A stretch of 63,142 nucleotides of DNA, counting the filler, from Chiloscyllium plagiosum (taxonomy: Eukaryota), in assembly GCF_004010195.1 (NCBI RefSeq). It is 5 parts of one record of this genome, joined end to end, with 100 filler letters (N's around TTAATTAATTAA, not from the genome) between each part and the next. Parts side by side here need not be neighbours in the genome. Positions count along the whole stretch, not along the records: positions 32,490 to 52,757 come from NC_057717.1; positions 52,858 to 63,142 come from NC_057717.1; 3 more parts are not named here. One strand, given 5' to 3'. Below are positions 51,615 through 63,142 of this stretch, one piece after another (positions within the stretch are counted from its first letter, which is position 1; each line of letters begins with the position of its first letter). The notes beneath the pieces were generated by a model, which searched no databases, was not told the origin of the DNA, and saw only the letters and a program-made list of their open reading frames with translations. The translations under genes were made by a program, and so were the position numbers.

Positions 51615-51717
51615 AATCCTTTATTCCTGATGAAGGGCTTTTGCCGGAAACGTCGATTTTACTGCTCCTCGGATGCTGCCTGAACTGCTGTGCTCTTCCA
51701 GCACGACTAATCCAGAA
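51615..51717 (+). mobile_element. Penelope-derived short element with hammerhead motif and 6-bp TSD
   Basis: Contains cctgatgaagggcttttgccggaaacgtcg. TSD TCATCC at 51609-51614 and 51718-51723. Empty site in the left arm at ~35950. Confidence 0.8.
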
Positions 51718-52857
51718 TCATCCTCCCTCTACCATGCCTCTATTCCTCAGCATGAATCTCTGCAGTGTCTTCTGAATTAATCTAGGAATCACCTGCCATT
51801 GCTCTTCCACTGTCTTTCCTGCTATACCCCTCTCTCGGTCAATCCTACCCAACTTCTCCCTTATGCCTCTGTAGTTGCCTTTATTCAGCTGAAATACTTT
51901 TTCCTCTAATTCTATCTTCTCTCTCTCTCAAATTGCAGAATAATCACAATTATATTCTGATCACTGCTTCCGAAGTTTTCTTTCAGCTGAAGCTTCCTTA
52001 TCTAACCTGCATCATTAAATCCAGTATCATCTGTTCCCGAGGGGGCTCCACCACAATCTGTTCCAAAAAGCCATCTCATAGACATTGCCCAAATTCCTTT
52101 TCTTGCGAACCACTGCCAATCTGATTTTCCCATTCCACCTGCATATTGAAAACCCCTATGGTCATTGTACTTTGCCTTTCCTATGCATCTTTTCTATCTC
52201 CTGTTGTGTCTTATCCCCCAGCTCTTGACGACTCTTTGGAGCACTGTAAAAGAATCCAACTGCGGCTGTCTTACCTTTGTGGTTCCTCAATTCTACCCAC
52301 GCGGATTCTACACCATCTGACCTTACGTCCTTTCTTTCTATTGATTTAATTTCATTTCGCATTAATAATGCAAATCCACTCCCTCTATCTGCCTATCTTT
52401 TTGATAGGATATACGTCCTTAAATATCCTGATTCCCTTGCAGCCACTTCTCCGTAATGCCCATCACCTCATACCTGCTAATTTCAATCTGCGCCACAAGC
52501 TCACTTACCCTATTCCTTACGCTGCATGCAGTCAGTTATAACCCCTTCAAGTCCTGTATTAACCGTCCGGCTTCTCATTATCATTTGTTTGTCCAGTGTG
52601 CTTGAAGTTTGATGGTTAAACATTTCCAGATGCTTTATCCTATTTGTGTCTGTGCTGGAGATTTTAATAACATCTCCTGAGTTCTGTACTCTTACCTCCT
52701 CTTTTAATTCGGCTTTTCTAATTAAACCCTATAACTGAACCATCACCCCCCCCCCCANNNNNNNNNNNNNNNNNNNNNNNNNNNNNNNNNNNNNNNNNNN
52801 NTTAATTAATTAANNNNNNNNNNNNNNNNNNNNNNNNNNNNNNNNNNNNNNNNNNNN

Positions 52858-54390
52858 GCAAATTGGATTAACTGATATCAAGAAACGGTTGAAGGCACTG
52901 GATACTGCAAAGGCTATGGGCCCTGGTAACATGGCGACAATAGTCCTGAAGACTTGAGCTTCAGAACTTCCCGCTCCCCTAGCCAAGCTGTTCCAGAATG
53001 TTTACAAACCGACAATGGGGAAAAACTGCTCAAGTATGTTCTGTACATAAAACGCAGGACAAATTCGACCCTTCCAAATACCGCCTTATCAGTCTACTCT
53101 CCATCATCAGTAAAATGATGGAAGGTGTCATCAACAGTGCTATCAAGCAGCACCTGCTCAAAAATAACCTGCTCAGTGTCGCCCAGTTTGGGGTTTGCCA
53201 GGGTCACTCAGCTCCTGAACTCGTCACAGCCTTGGTTCAAACAGAGAAAAAGGAACTGAATTCCAGCCCTTGACATCAAGGCTGCATTCTGCCAAATGTG
53301 ACATGAAGGACCCCAAGCAAAAACGGTATCGCGGGCCAACACTCCATTATTGGAGTCATACCTGACAGTTAGGAAGATGGTCATTGTTATTGGAGGTCAG
53401 TCATCTCAGATCCAGAACATCTCTGCAGTAGTCCCTTCGGATAATGTCCTAGGTCCAATCATCTTCAGCTGCTTCAACAATGACCTTTCTTCCATCATAA
53501 GGTCAGAAGTGGGGATATTCGATGATGACTGGACAATGTTCAGCACCATTCGCAAATTCTCAGATACGGAAGCAGTCCATGCCCAAAGCAACAATATCTG
53601 GGCAAGATCCAGGCTTGGGCTCGCAAGTGGCAAGTAACATTTGCGCCACGGACACTCAGACAATGACTGTCATCAATAAGAAACAATATAACTACTTTGT
53701 ATTCAACAGCATTATCATCACTAACCTCCCCCACTATCAATATCCTGGTCATATATCATTGACCAGAAACTCAACTGGACTCGCCACATGAATACAACAG
53801 CAGATCAGAAGCTAGTAAAACTGCAGGAGAAACTCATCTCCTGACTACCCAAAGCCTGACCATCATTTACAAGGCAGAAGTCAGGAATGAGATGGAATAT
53901 TCTCACTTGCCTGAATGGTTGCAGCCCCAACAACACTAAAGAAGCTTGACACACTCCAGGACAAAACAGTCCATTTGATTTGCACCACATCCGCAAGCAT
54001 TCACTCCCTTCACCATAGTCACCCAGGAGCAGCAGTGTGCACTATCCACAAGACACAATGGAGGAATTCCCCAAAGATCCTCAAACAGCTCCTTCCAATC
54101 TCACGAACACTTCCATCTGGAATGACAAGGGCAGTAGACTTTTGGGAACACCACCACCTTCAAATTCCCCTCCAAACGAGTCAACACCCTGATTTGGAAA
54201 TGCATTGCCGTTCCTTCACTGTTGCTGCGTGAAAACCCTGGAATTCCCTCTTTAATCAATAGTGGGTCACCGCACAGCAGGTAGTTTGCAGCAGTTCGAG
54301 AAGGCAGCTCAGCACCAACTTCTCAAGGGCAACTGCGGACGTGCAAGAAATGCTGGGCACATCCAACGATGCCCACATCCAAATAAAAAA
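52858..54390 (+). mobile_element. CR1/L2-group LINE RT fragment plus 3' end
   Basis: YRLISLLSIISKMME, QFGVCQGHS and VLGPIIFSCFNNDL...IFDDD motifs. Ends in aaataaaaaa. Confidence 0.85.
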
Positions 54391-57300
54391 CTTTTTAAAA
54401 AATAGTTCCAAGTTGAGCATCTCGATGGGACAGGTTATCTCATTTGAACACGAACAGGAAAGCCGTGTTTCTAATATTAAACATTTTAGACGTTTCTGTT
54501 ATTAGAAGGGTGTTCAGTATTCGATGATATATTGTTGCTGAGTGCTGTGATAAATTACACCTGTTTTGTTAAAATCAACAATACTGGCGTAACAGGATCA
54601 ATCCTTCGAAAATACCAGACAGAAAATGACAATCATCGTAGAGAGAATGTACTCCCGCCAGATGAGACTCACTGATAGAAGCTCATATTCAAAATATTAA
54701 TGGAATACTGGCTGACACTGAATCCTCCCACCGTCCAGTTCACAGGGGTTACCATTGACCAGAACGTGAAGTAAAATCAACATTCAAATACAAGGGTTAC
54801 AAGAGCAGGTCAGAGACTTACAAATCTATACTGAATAATAGATCCTATGACCTAAACGGCATGAGATATAGCAATAGATTTAGGCCATTCAGCCCAGTCC
54901 TTCACTCTGATACTGTGCCATTTGTCATTGCCTCTCTGAAAAGTGGAAATATCTTCTACATACTGACTGTATCAGTCTTTGCAGTAATCCATTAGTTTCA
55001 ATCAGACACCCCCACACCCCACAATTCTTCTAAATTCCATCGAGTACACACACTGCCGCTCATATGACAAGCTGTCATCCCCAGGATAGATCACCTCCAA
55101 CACCAGCAGATCTTTCTCCAGAGATAGTGCCCAAAACAGCTTAAATTGGCCAAATGCCGTCTGTCCATAGCCCATTACATTCTCAGCAATATGTCTCCCG
55201 TCTTGCATTCTTGCTCTCTCGAAATGAATGCGAACATTGCTTTTCCTTTCCTAACTGCCAACTGAACATGCACGTTAACCATAAGAGAGGACGAGTGCTT
55301 CATAATCCTTTTGGGCTTCAGATTTAATGGATCCTATGAGAACATAGTGTCTCCTCTATTCCGCTTACCAAAGTGCATATTCTCACACGTTCCCCTATTG
55401 TGTTCCATCAGCCATGTGTTTTCCCACTGTCCTAAACTGTTCAAGCCTTTCTGCAGCTTCCCCACTTCCTCAATAATATCTGCAAACTTAGTAAAACTGC
55501 CCTCAAGTCCTTTGTCCAGTTTGTTCATATATAATACATTTCCTGGCTCCCTAAGAACCGTCCACCATCTACAAGGCACAACAGTCAAGGTGCTTGATTC
55601 CATTCAGATTGAAGCAGTGGCTTGACTTGAATTACACCTATAAAGTCTTCAGTCCCTGCACCACTGACTCTCAGTAGAAGCACACCCTATTCCCTTTTGT
55701 TGAGAGTTTACTTCATTATGGCGCACAATCCGCGTCTATTGATGTCACTCCGTCTCAACACTAACTGAGTGGTGCTCACACCAACCATGTCACTGTGTAT
55801 TGATGACGATGGAGGGAGGTCGGCGAGGGGATGTCTGTGATGAATAACGGTGTGACTGCCAAGCTGAAACCTGCCCCGAAAGTCTTGGATGTACCTGTTC
55901 CCGCTGTCACCACTGCAAATCAAGGAAAGCGCCGGGCCCTGGATAGTGTTCCCGGCGGAGCACTCAGATCTTGGGAGGACCAACTGATAGATGTATTCAC
56001 ATACACTTTCAGCCTTTCCCTCCAACAAGCTGAAATCCCAACCTGCTTCAAGAAGACCAACATCAACCTTTATCATTGTGCTTCCAATTAAACCTGTTAG
56101 ACTATAACCTGGTGTTATGTGATTTTTAACTTTGTACACCCCAGTCCAACACCGGCATCTCCAAATCATAACAGCCACCTTGTAAGTGAGAAAGCTCATG
56201 CTTTAATGACTTAATGATTACCGCCCAGTGGCTCGAACCTCAATAAACATGGATTGATTTGAAAGGCTGGTTATGGCCCACATCATCTTCAATCTCCCAG
56301 CCTGACTTGATCCCGAAAATATGCCGACTGATGTAACGGGTCCACAACAGATGCCGTATCCCGAGCCCTGCACTCATCTCGAGGAGATCTGGACAACATA
56401 GACACCTACAGCAGACTCCTGCTCATTGACGACAGCTCCACCTTAAACATCATTACCCCTCCAGACCAATCTCAAAATTCCATAAGCTTAGTCGTGGCTC
56501 CACTCTCTGCAACTGGATCCCCCGGGTTCTGACTCCCAGACCACAATTAGTGAAGATAGGTATCTGCACCTCCGCCACAATAACACTCAACACTGGAGCT
56601 CCTGGAGGATGTGTCCTCAGCCTCCTACTGTACTCCCTGTACACACACGGCTGTGTTCTCAGCCCCCTACTGTACTACCTGTATACACATGGCTGTGTCC
56701 TCAGCCCCCTACTGTACTCCCTGTACACACACGGTTGTGTTCTCAGCCCCCTACTGTACTCCCTATACACACACGGCTGTGTCCTCAGGGCCTACTGTAC
56801 TCCCTGTACACACACGGCTGTGCCCTCATCCCCCTACTGTACTCCCTGTACACACGTGGCTGTGTTGCCAAATTCCAAACAATGCCAACTGTAAGTTTTC
56901 TGATGACATCACCAAAGCAGGAGGGATATCAAACAACGATGAGTCTGAACACAGAAAGAAGATAGTAGGTTTGGTGGCATGGTGAAATGATAATAACCTC
57001 CCTCTCAAATTTGGCAAAAGTAAAGAACTGATCATTGACTTTAGAACGAAAGGAGGGGAACAAACCATTATCTACATCAATGGTTGAGAGAGTGCAGAGC
57101 GTCATGTCCCTTGGAGTGATGATAACTGGCAACCGACCTTGGATTCTCACATAGGTGTGACAGTCACGATGGTTCAAAAACTTTTCTCCTTCCTCACTTG
57201 GCTCAGGATATTTAGCATGCACTACTTCTACAGATGCACCATTGCGAACGTACTGTCCTGCTGCGTAATGGCCTGGTATGGCAACACTCTGCCCAGGACC

Positions 57301-59615
57301 ATCAGAAACTACAGAAGATTGTGTTCACAGCGCAGACTATGACGGACTGCAATCTCCCAACCATTGACTCTGTTTACACGGCTCGTTGCCGCAGAAAGGC
57401 TGCCAACATCTATCTTCTGTCTTCTGTTTCTTTCCCTAAACCTATTATCTTCCCTTCTCCCTGCCCATGTGACTGTTTGTTTCCTTGTTTTGTTGCCTTT
57501 CTCTCTTTGACTGACAGTCCATCTGTTTCCCTCGCTGTGTTCTTTCTCTCCTTCCCTTTGTTCCTGTCTCTTTCTCCTTCGTTGTTATGGAGATAAGGCA
57601 AGAACAGGATACTGATTAGGAATGATCAGCCATGATCATGTTGAATGGCGATGCAGGCCCGATGGGCTGAATGGCCTACTCTTGCACCTATTGTCTATTG
57701 TGATGGCTTCTCTATTCGTTTGAAGCAGCTGATGGCTCATTGGTTCGATGTTGGCAATACAATACACTCCACAAGGTTTTGGTATAGATGACATAATTTA
57801 AAATTATCAGTTAAATTTCAATTGTTGTCAAAACAGCAATCAGAACGTGGGTATCCATTTAACAGCAAATTGTTACATCTAGTGCTCTGTATACTGGCAA
57901 ATCTCCCAGTGCTCTGTACACTGGCAACGCAAAGCATTCTATTCGGCTGCATAATGACCTCACATTGTATCTGCTCTTCCTCGGACCATAAGAAACTACA
58001 GACGGTTGTGTGCACAGCCCAGACCATCACGGAAGACAACCTTCCGTCCATTTGTACTTGTTATTGTCGCAGAAAGGCTGGCAACATCAAAGATCTCTCC
58101 CAAACCGGTAATGATCTCCTACAACCTCTTCCAACAGGGAGGAGACACAGAGGCTTGAAAACATGGAGCAGCATGTTCAGGAACACTTCCTTCCCTACCA
58201 TTATTAGACTGACAAGTTGACATCTCTCACTTTTCAAATAATATTAATCTTGCTAATGTCGATCTTACTTTGTCCACCTCCTGTGAAGCTGTAACCTTAT
58301 ATGCCTCACTCTGTCCAAGGACCCTGTGATCTCTGTTTTCTTGGTTAGGGTCATGTGCCTGTACCACAATAAAAACAAACCTTTCCATTGTACATTTGAC
58401 TAAAATAAATGAAACCCAATCAGATCAAACACGTGGACTGCAGGGGCTCAAGGTCTTCTCAAGGGCAACTGGAAAAATGAACTAATGCTGCCTCAGTCAG
58501 AGATGCCCATATCTAATTAATGAATATAAGAAGATGACCACACTTAGGGAGGACAGACAGAGGGAATCAAATCGCTTTAAACATGATCTTAGATATATGC
58601 AGGTTTCCCTCACTATTTGTAAGTAGTGTGTTCCTACGAAGCCGTTCGCAATCTGATATGGTGTAAAGTGCCGTAGCACTAATTTATATGGGAAACATTT
58701 CGGCTTTCTTCGTAAAAGTGAAAATCCTGTTTGGATTTCTTTTGGTTAGCGAAACTAGGTCCTAATGTAAGTCATTCGGAAAGGGAAGTGGCAAAAATCG
58801 AATTTTTGAAAAGCGGGGGATACCTGTATCTACATGGGCATGTTATTCAGTAAGATGGGAAAAGAGAAAAACAAATGAGGTGAATGTCACATTTTATTTC
58901 CAGCCCAGCTTATCATCATTCTCTTTGTTTGCTCTTTTTCTTCTATATCTCTCTTTCTCTATTGATCCCTCCTTCCCTTCAAAGCAAACTTCACTGTCAA
59001 CGGTATTAATCGCACTCCTTTCCAGCTGCTTTCAGTTCAGGAAAATTCCCCAGCACTTTCTGTTCATTTCTTTGCATTTCTTTCTATAATTTCAGACTTT
59101 TAGCATCTTCCTTTATTTGATTCCACCTTCAATTTTGTTAATTCGTGGGATGTTGACATCTCTGCCAAGGGCAGCATTTGGTTACCATCACTAGTTGCCC
59201 TGACTCTGAGGCCATTCCGCAATATAATATAAAGTTAAGCATATTGCCATTGGTCTAAAGTCACACTTAATCCAGATTTCTTCACCGAGGGTGATCAGTG
59301 AAAGAAGAAGGTTTTCAGAGAAAATGTTGCTTTTATGTTTTTTTTTCATGAAATTCATCTTTATTCCAATTCTTATCATTTTTATTTAAGTTCTGTCATC
59401 AGCTGTGGTCGGACTTGAAACAAATCACTTGAAACAATATCTTTCGTTTAATTAGCTTTGCTTCTGAATTACATCCAGCGACATTCCTACATTCATACAT
59501 TGTCCTAATCATGAAGCAACATCCGAGACAAGAGGAATTTTGTGATTGAAATATTTGTAATTGGAAAAGTGGTCAGAAGAGACCTTGAAACATTAAGTCT
59601 GAATTTACCAACGTG
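53750..59615 (-). repeat. Segmental duplication, outer right arm (inverted copy of 23527-29130)
   Basis: See the left arm. It carries ~200 bp (59275-59478) that is absent from the left copy. Confidence 0.92.
55830..57410 (+). mobile_element. Rex1/Babar LINE RT fragment with 42-bp x6 minisatellite (56607-56857)
   Basis: DQLIDVFTYTFSLSLQQAEIPTCFKKT, TLNTGAPGGCVLS and FYRCTIANVLSCCVMAWYGN motifs. Confidence 0.88.
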
Positions 59616-59926
59616 CAGCCAATAGTTTGTTCAGCAACAATGCTGACACAGAGATGGAGATTGGGGATATGAGGAGCTGGGAGTGGACATGTTTGGTGAC
59701 AAAGAGAACATGAGACATAAATAAGTTCACGGCAAAAAGGGATCTCTAGGTTGTGCACAGTTTTGTTCTCAGATATTTGTGAGGGAGTGGTCTGCAATTC
59801 ATGGGTATTGAATGGAGACTGCAATTGAAACTGAAGACAATAGTTTCTTTCTCTGACAAATATAGATAAAGAACTTGCAACGGAGTTCAAACTTGGTTAT
59901 GGGATTAATGAATGGACAGATGTAGA

Positions 59927-60069
59927 GAACACCAACAATAGCGAGAATAGGTGAGTAGCACACTCTCCACCCCGCCCAGAATAATCATCAGCACTGCTGA
60001 TATCCGATACGGTAGAAATCCCCAAGAGGGGGAAATCTTGAAAAGACTCAAGGAAAACCTCCTCTCCAT
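59927..60069 (-). pseudogene. GPR139-like: GPR139-like GPCR exon 1, copy 4 (divergent, 13-bp insertion, donor lost)
   Basis: MERRFSLSLFKISPSWGFLPYRISAVLMIILGG[+GTGGAGAGTGTGC]YSPILAIVGV. The CCTG|GTAAGT donor is absent. Confidence 0.7.
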
Positions 60070-63000
60070 TGATGTAATGTTCCAGTCCGTTATTCTCAGA
60101 TTCAGATCTGTGCAGCTGTTGGTCTCTGTTACTGTTAGAGCTGATGTATCTGTTACTACAGTCAGATAACGCACTGAATGAAGCCTCTTGCTAATAGGAG
60201 AGAGAAACCCTCCAGTGACACAGTTGCATTGCATGGAGATTGACATCAATCACAGTCAGAGCAAACAGTCCCAACTTTCAACACAGCGCATTCAGTTCAC
60301 AATATATCTGGACTGGACTACAAGTTGACATTTCTGGCTATTGGTCACATCTCCCATCACCAATTGTTCTAGTGAAGTCAGTTGTGAGGGAGTATAAGAA
60401 TATTTTTTTTTTCGTAGGCTACTTGATTTTGCTCTGTTGTCCGTTTACTCTGCTGTAACCATCTCTCCAAAAATCCCTCCACCCCCTCCCCCCCCCTCCA
60501 GAAGAATCACAACCAGGATGTTGTTACTCTGCTGATCTCTCCTCCACGGGAACAAACGCTAGCGAACAGACTGTCATTAGGCACAGTCGCTCTGAACATT
60601 GACAGGAAATGTGAACTTCTCTGAATGTTCCTCTCACTACTCAAAGAAGGCAACTTTGGAACTTGCATAGGGAATATGCTTCAGTAATTTATTTATATAA
60701 ATTGACAGACTCCTAAATGCAGTTTTATTTGCTGTAAACCGTACTTTGTATGCATTTTGGCTTCAGTCCAACACTAAAAGTGATAATTACAATGAACGTA
60801 TTCATTTAGACTTATGAATTAATGAGTCAGGTTCGAATGAAGTAATTATTGGCTGGGAGATAGGGCGGAATGGGAGCAGTGGCTGTGGAAACTGCATTGG
60901 GAGTACAATGATATTCCCCAGTCATCATCCCTCTTTCTGACAGACAGAATTAAATCTTATGCATAACAAGGAAACAGGCAACATTTGGGAGATGCAATGC
61001 GGAATGACAATGTGAACTAAAAGGATAATATTAAATGTGATAAAGTGAACTATAGTTTTTACACACCATTTAATCATTGGGAGTAGAGATTGAGTATGGT
61101 CACCGGACCTGAAACATTCACTTTGATTTCTCTTCCCAGATACTGCCAGACCTGCTGAGCTTGCTCTCTAAGTTCTTTTTATTCTTTTTGTTTGAGATTT
61201 ATCATATTGTTCATATCTGGCAGGATACTTACAATTAAAAGCAGACACTCGTAACAAAATGTGAAGGGCAATGGGGACAATACAGGAGACTAACAGTAGA
61301 CATATAGTCATTCCAAGCTGAAAAAGATGATGGGCTGCGTTTCCCCCACTTTTTCTGTAAATAATTCTGTGATATGTAATCAAAGCCTTTGGAGAGGGGG
61401 TAGACAAGCTAGTTCAACGAAGGTCACAGAGTGCTCCACCATCAATAATCTATTCCTATTATTTCATGAAATTTCAGCTGCATCTAAAATGTCTTTTCAA
61501 ACAAAGTGGAGTTCCTGAGATTTAGAGGATAATCAGAAAAATAATCTTTTTTCCTTTGAATCTTAAACAAGAAACAGATTTCAGCCGTAACACAGGTGTC
61601 ACAAACACACCCACTACAATAGGAACAGGAAAGGACTAAATTGTCCATATGTAACCAAATTCAGCATGTAGCCCTGTCAAGAAACATGAAATATCGTGAT
61701 ACGGAAACATGAAATACAAACAGAAAATGATGCGAGAAGCGCAATAGATGAGGAAGTATCTGCAGAGAGAAACAGAGTTAACATATCGAATACGATGTGA
61801 CACTGTTCTGAAAAAGTCATATTGAAATCAAAGGTTAATTCTGTGTATCTCTGCTCAGAGGGTGCCAGACCTGCTGAGTTTCCCTCTATCGACTTCGTTT
61901 TCTTTCTGAACTGTGACAAATTGACTGATCTGAACGATACAAGCAAAGCTGCTGTCTCAGTTGAATCTCGAATATTTGTTTATGGACATTAAATGAGAAC
62001 TTACAATGTTCCTATGTTTGACAGAGCTCGAAATATCCATGTCGTATTGCATTGTGATACAAAAACATTGTGAAACATTGTTGAAACAAAAACCGAAGTT
62101 GCTGCAAAAGGTCTGCAGCATCTGTGCAGGGAAATCAGAATTAACGTTTCTAGTTCAGTGGCCCTTCCTCAGAACGGATGTAGCCTTTAAAATGTTGTTA
62201 AATATACAGCAGAAGCTGAATAACTGTTAATGGAGACTGTTAGTAGCTAACAATAGGGGGTGAGTAATGGAAGGTCATGTGAGAACTAGGCCTAGGTATG
62301 GGTAGGAGGCATTGAAGAGTTCAGTCCCTAAAATTATTGAACATTATTTTGAGTCTGTATGGCTGCAGGGTCCACCTGCGGGAAATGAGTTGTTGTTCTT
62401 CCAGCTTGCGTTAAATGTCCTGGAACACTGCAGAAAGTAATTGATTGAAAATAATCGGAATCGTTATCTTACTGTAATGCTCTGATTTCATTGGGGTGAC
62501 ACTCAACCAGTAAGGTCTTACTTTTCTGAGACGTTAGATCAAACTGTGAAAACCTAAATCATCTTGATGTTATTAATAAGACAAATCCATCCATGGTTTT
62601 GGAATGCAAAAGCAAGGGCAGAGTTTATTTGTCATTCCCAATAGCTCTGGGGAAGGTGTCATTATTCATTGAGGAAATTACCAGCACAGAAGTTCCTCTG
62701 ATTTCCATTAACCACAGTTTGCTGAGGGTGAATGATGCTACATGAGTCAAATGCTACTTTGATGGCAAGGGAAGTTACTCTGATCTCACCTCAACTGACA
62801 TTGGAAAATCAGTTAAAATACTACAGAGAAAAAGGATAGAACACGGCTTATTGAACAATGTGGTCACTGTCCTCACAACGTTTAAGGATAAACAGATGCA
62901 TGGACTTCTGATTCTGAGGAGAGGTGTTTCCTATTTGGGTTAGAGGCTGTATTTTAAGCGATGTGACAGAGAGACAGAAAAAAAAAACGTTTCACTCTGT

Positions 63001-63142
63001 ATGGGGAAAGAAACCCACCCAATTCACGGTGCATTGGATAATGACAGACACACACTATTAGACATTGGGCATTGATCATCTCAATCTATCATTCACTTGA
63101 TGACCAATAGCAGCACAGAAGCCAGGAGCTCCCATCACCCCA

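Larger units (their letters stand above)
45838..51827 (-). repeat. Segmental duplication, inner right arm (inverted copy of 35847-42661)
   Basis: See the left arm. The adjacent 45390-45838 additionally matches the copy-1 downstream region ~31770-32300. Confidence 0.93.
48278..52560 (-). mobile_element. Decayed CR1 LINE (EN-RT-3' end) carrying nested Penelope, SINE and short-element insertions
   Basis: Minus ORFs read VESAWVELRNHKGK, LGPQLFPL...ILAKFSNSAKI, LYKVLVRPHLDCCTQFWAP and LFSQRLVNPWNSLPQ. Confidence 0.9.

Noticed and set aside
56607..56857. Regular repeat array as CRISPR or as a Cys/His-rich repeat protein
   Set aside because: Head-to-tail units with no unique spacers, derived from Rex1 RT, in a eukaryotic context.
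59905..60249. 114-aa ORF as an intact receptor N-terminus
   Set aside because: A 13-bp insertion shifts the frame before YSPILAIVGV and the splice donor is missing, so it is treated as a pseudo-exon.

Overview
AT-rich, repeat-dense vertebrate DNA, almost certainly from a shark. This rests on HE1-type tRNA-derived SINEs with (AATCT)n tails, abundant CR1 LINEs and Penelope elements with hammerhead motifs. The window is a draft scaffold with six N-gaps. Much of it is decayed transposon sequence (CR1, a second CR1/L2-group LINE, Rex1/Babar, Penelope and Penelope-derived fold-back elements, SINEs, a solo LTR). No complete protein-coding gene is visible. The only host-gene signal I recognise is four copies of the first coding exon of a GPR139-like GPCR, ending ...IQxxYYPILAIVGVP at a phase-1 donor. 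Two copies are on + (30.9 kb, 41.0 kb) and two on - (47.4 kb, 60.0 kb); I found no 7TM second exon. The copies lie in and beside a ~36-kb imperfect inverted segmental duplication (23.5-42.7 kb vs 45.4-59.6 kb) that flanks a 500-N gap. Three copies share a downstream acceptor and a short terminal exon with a polyA-like signal, which would give ~62-109 aa truncated peptides. They also share an upstream TALE/homeobox-like motif. Coordinates of decayed repeats are approximate, and identities were judged by eye.
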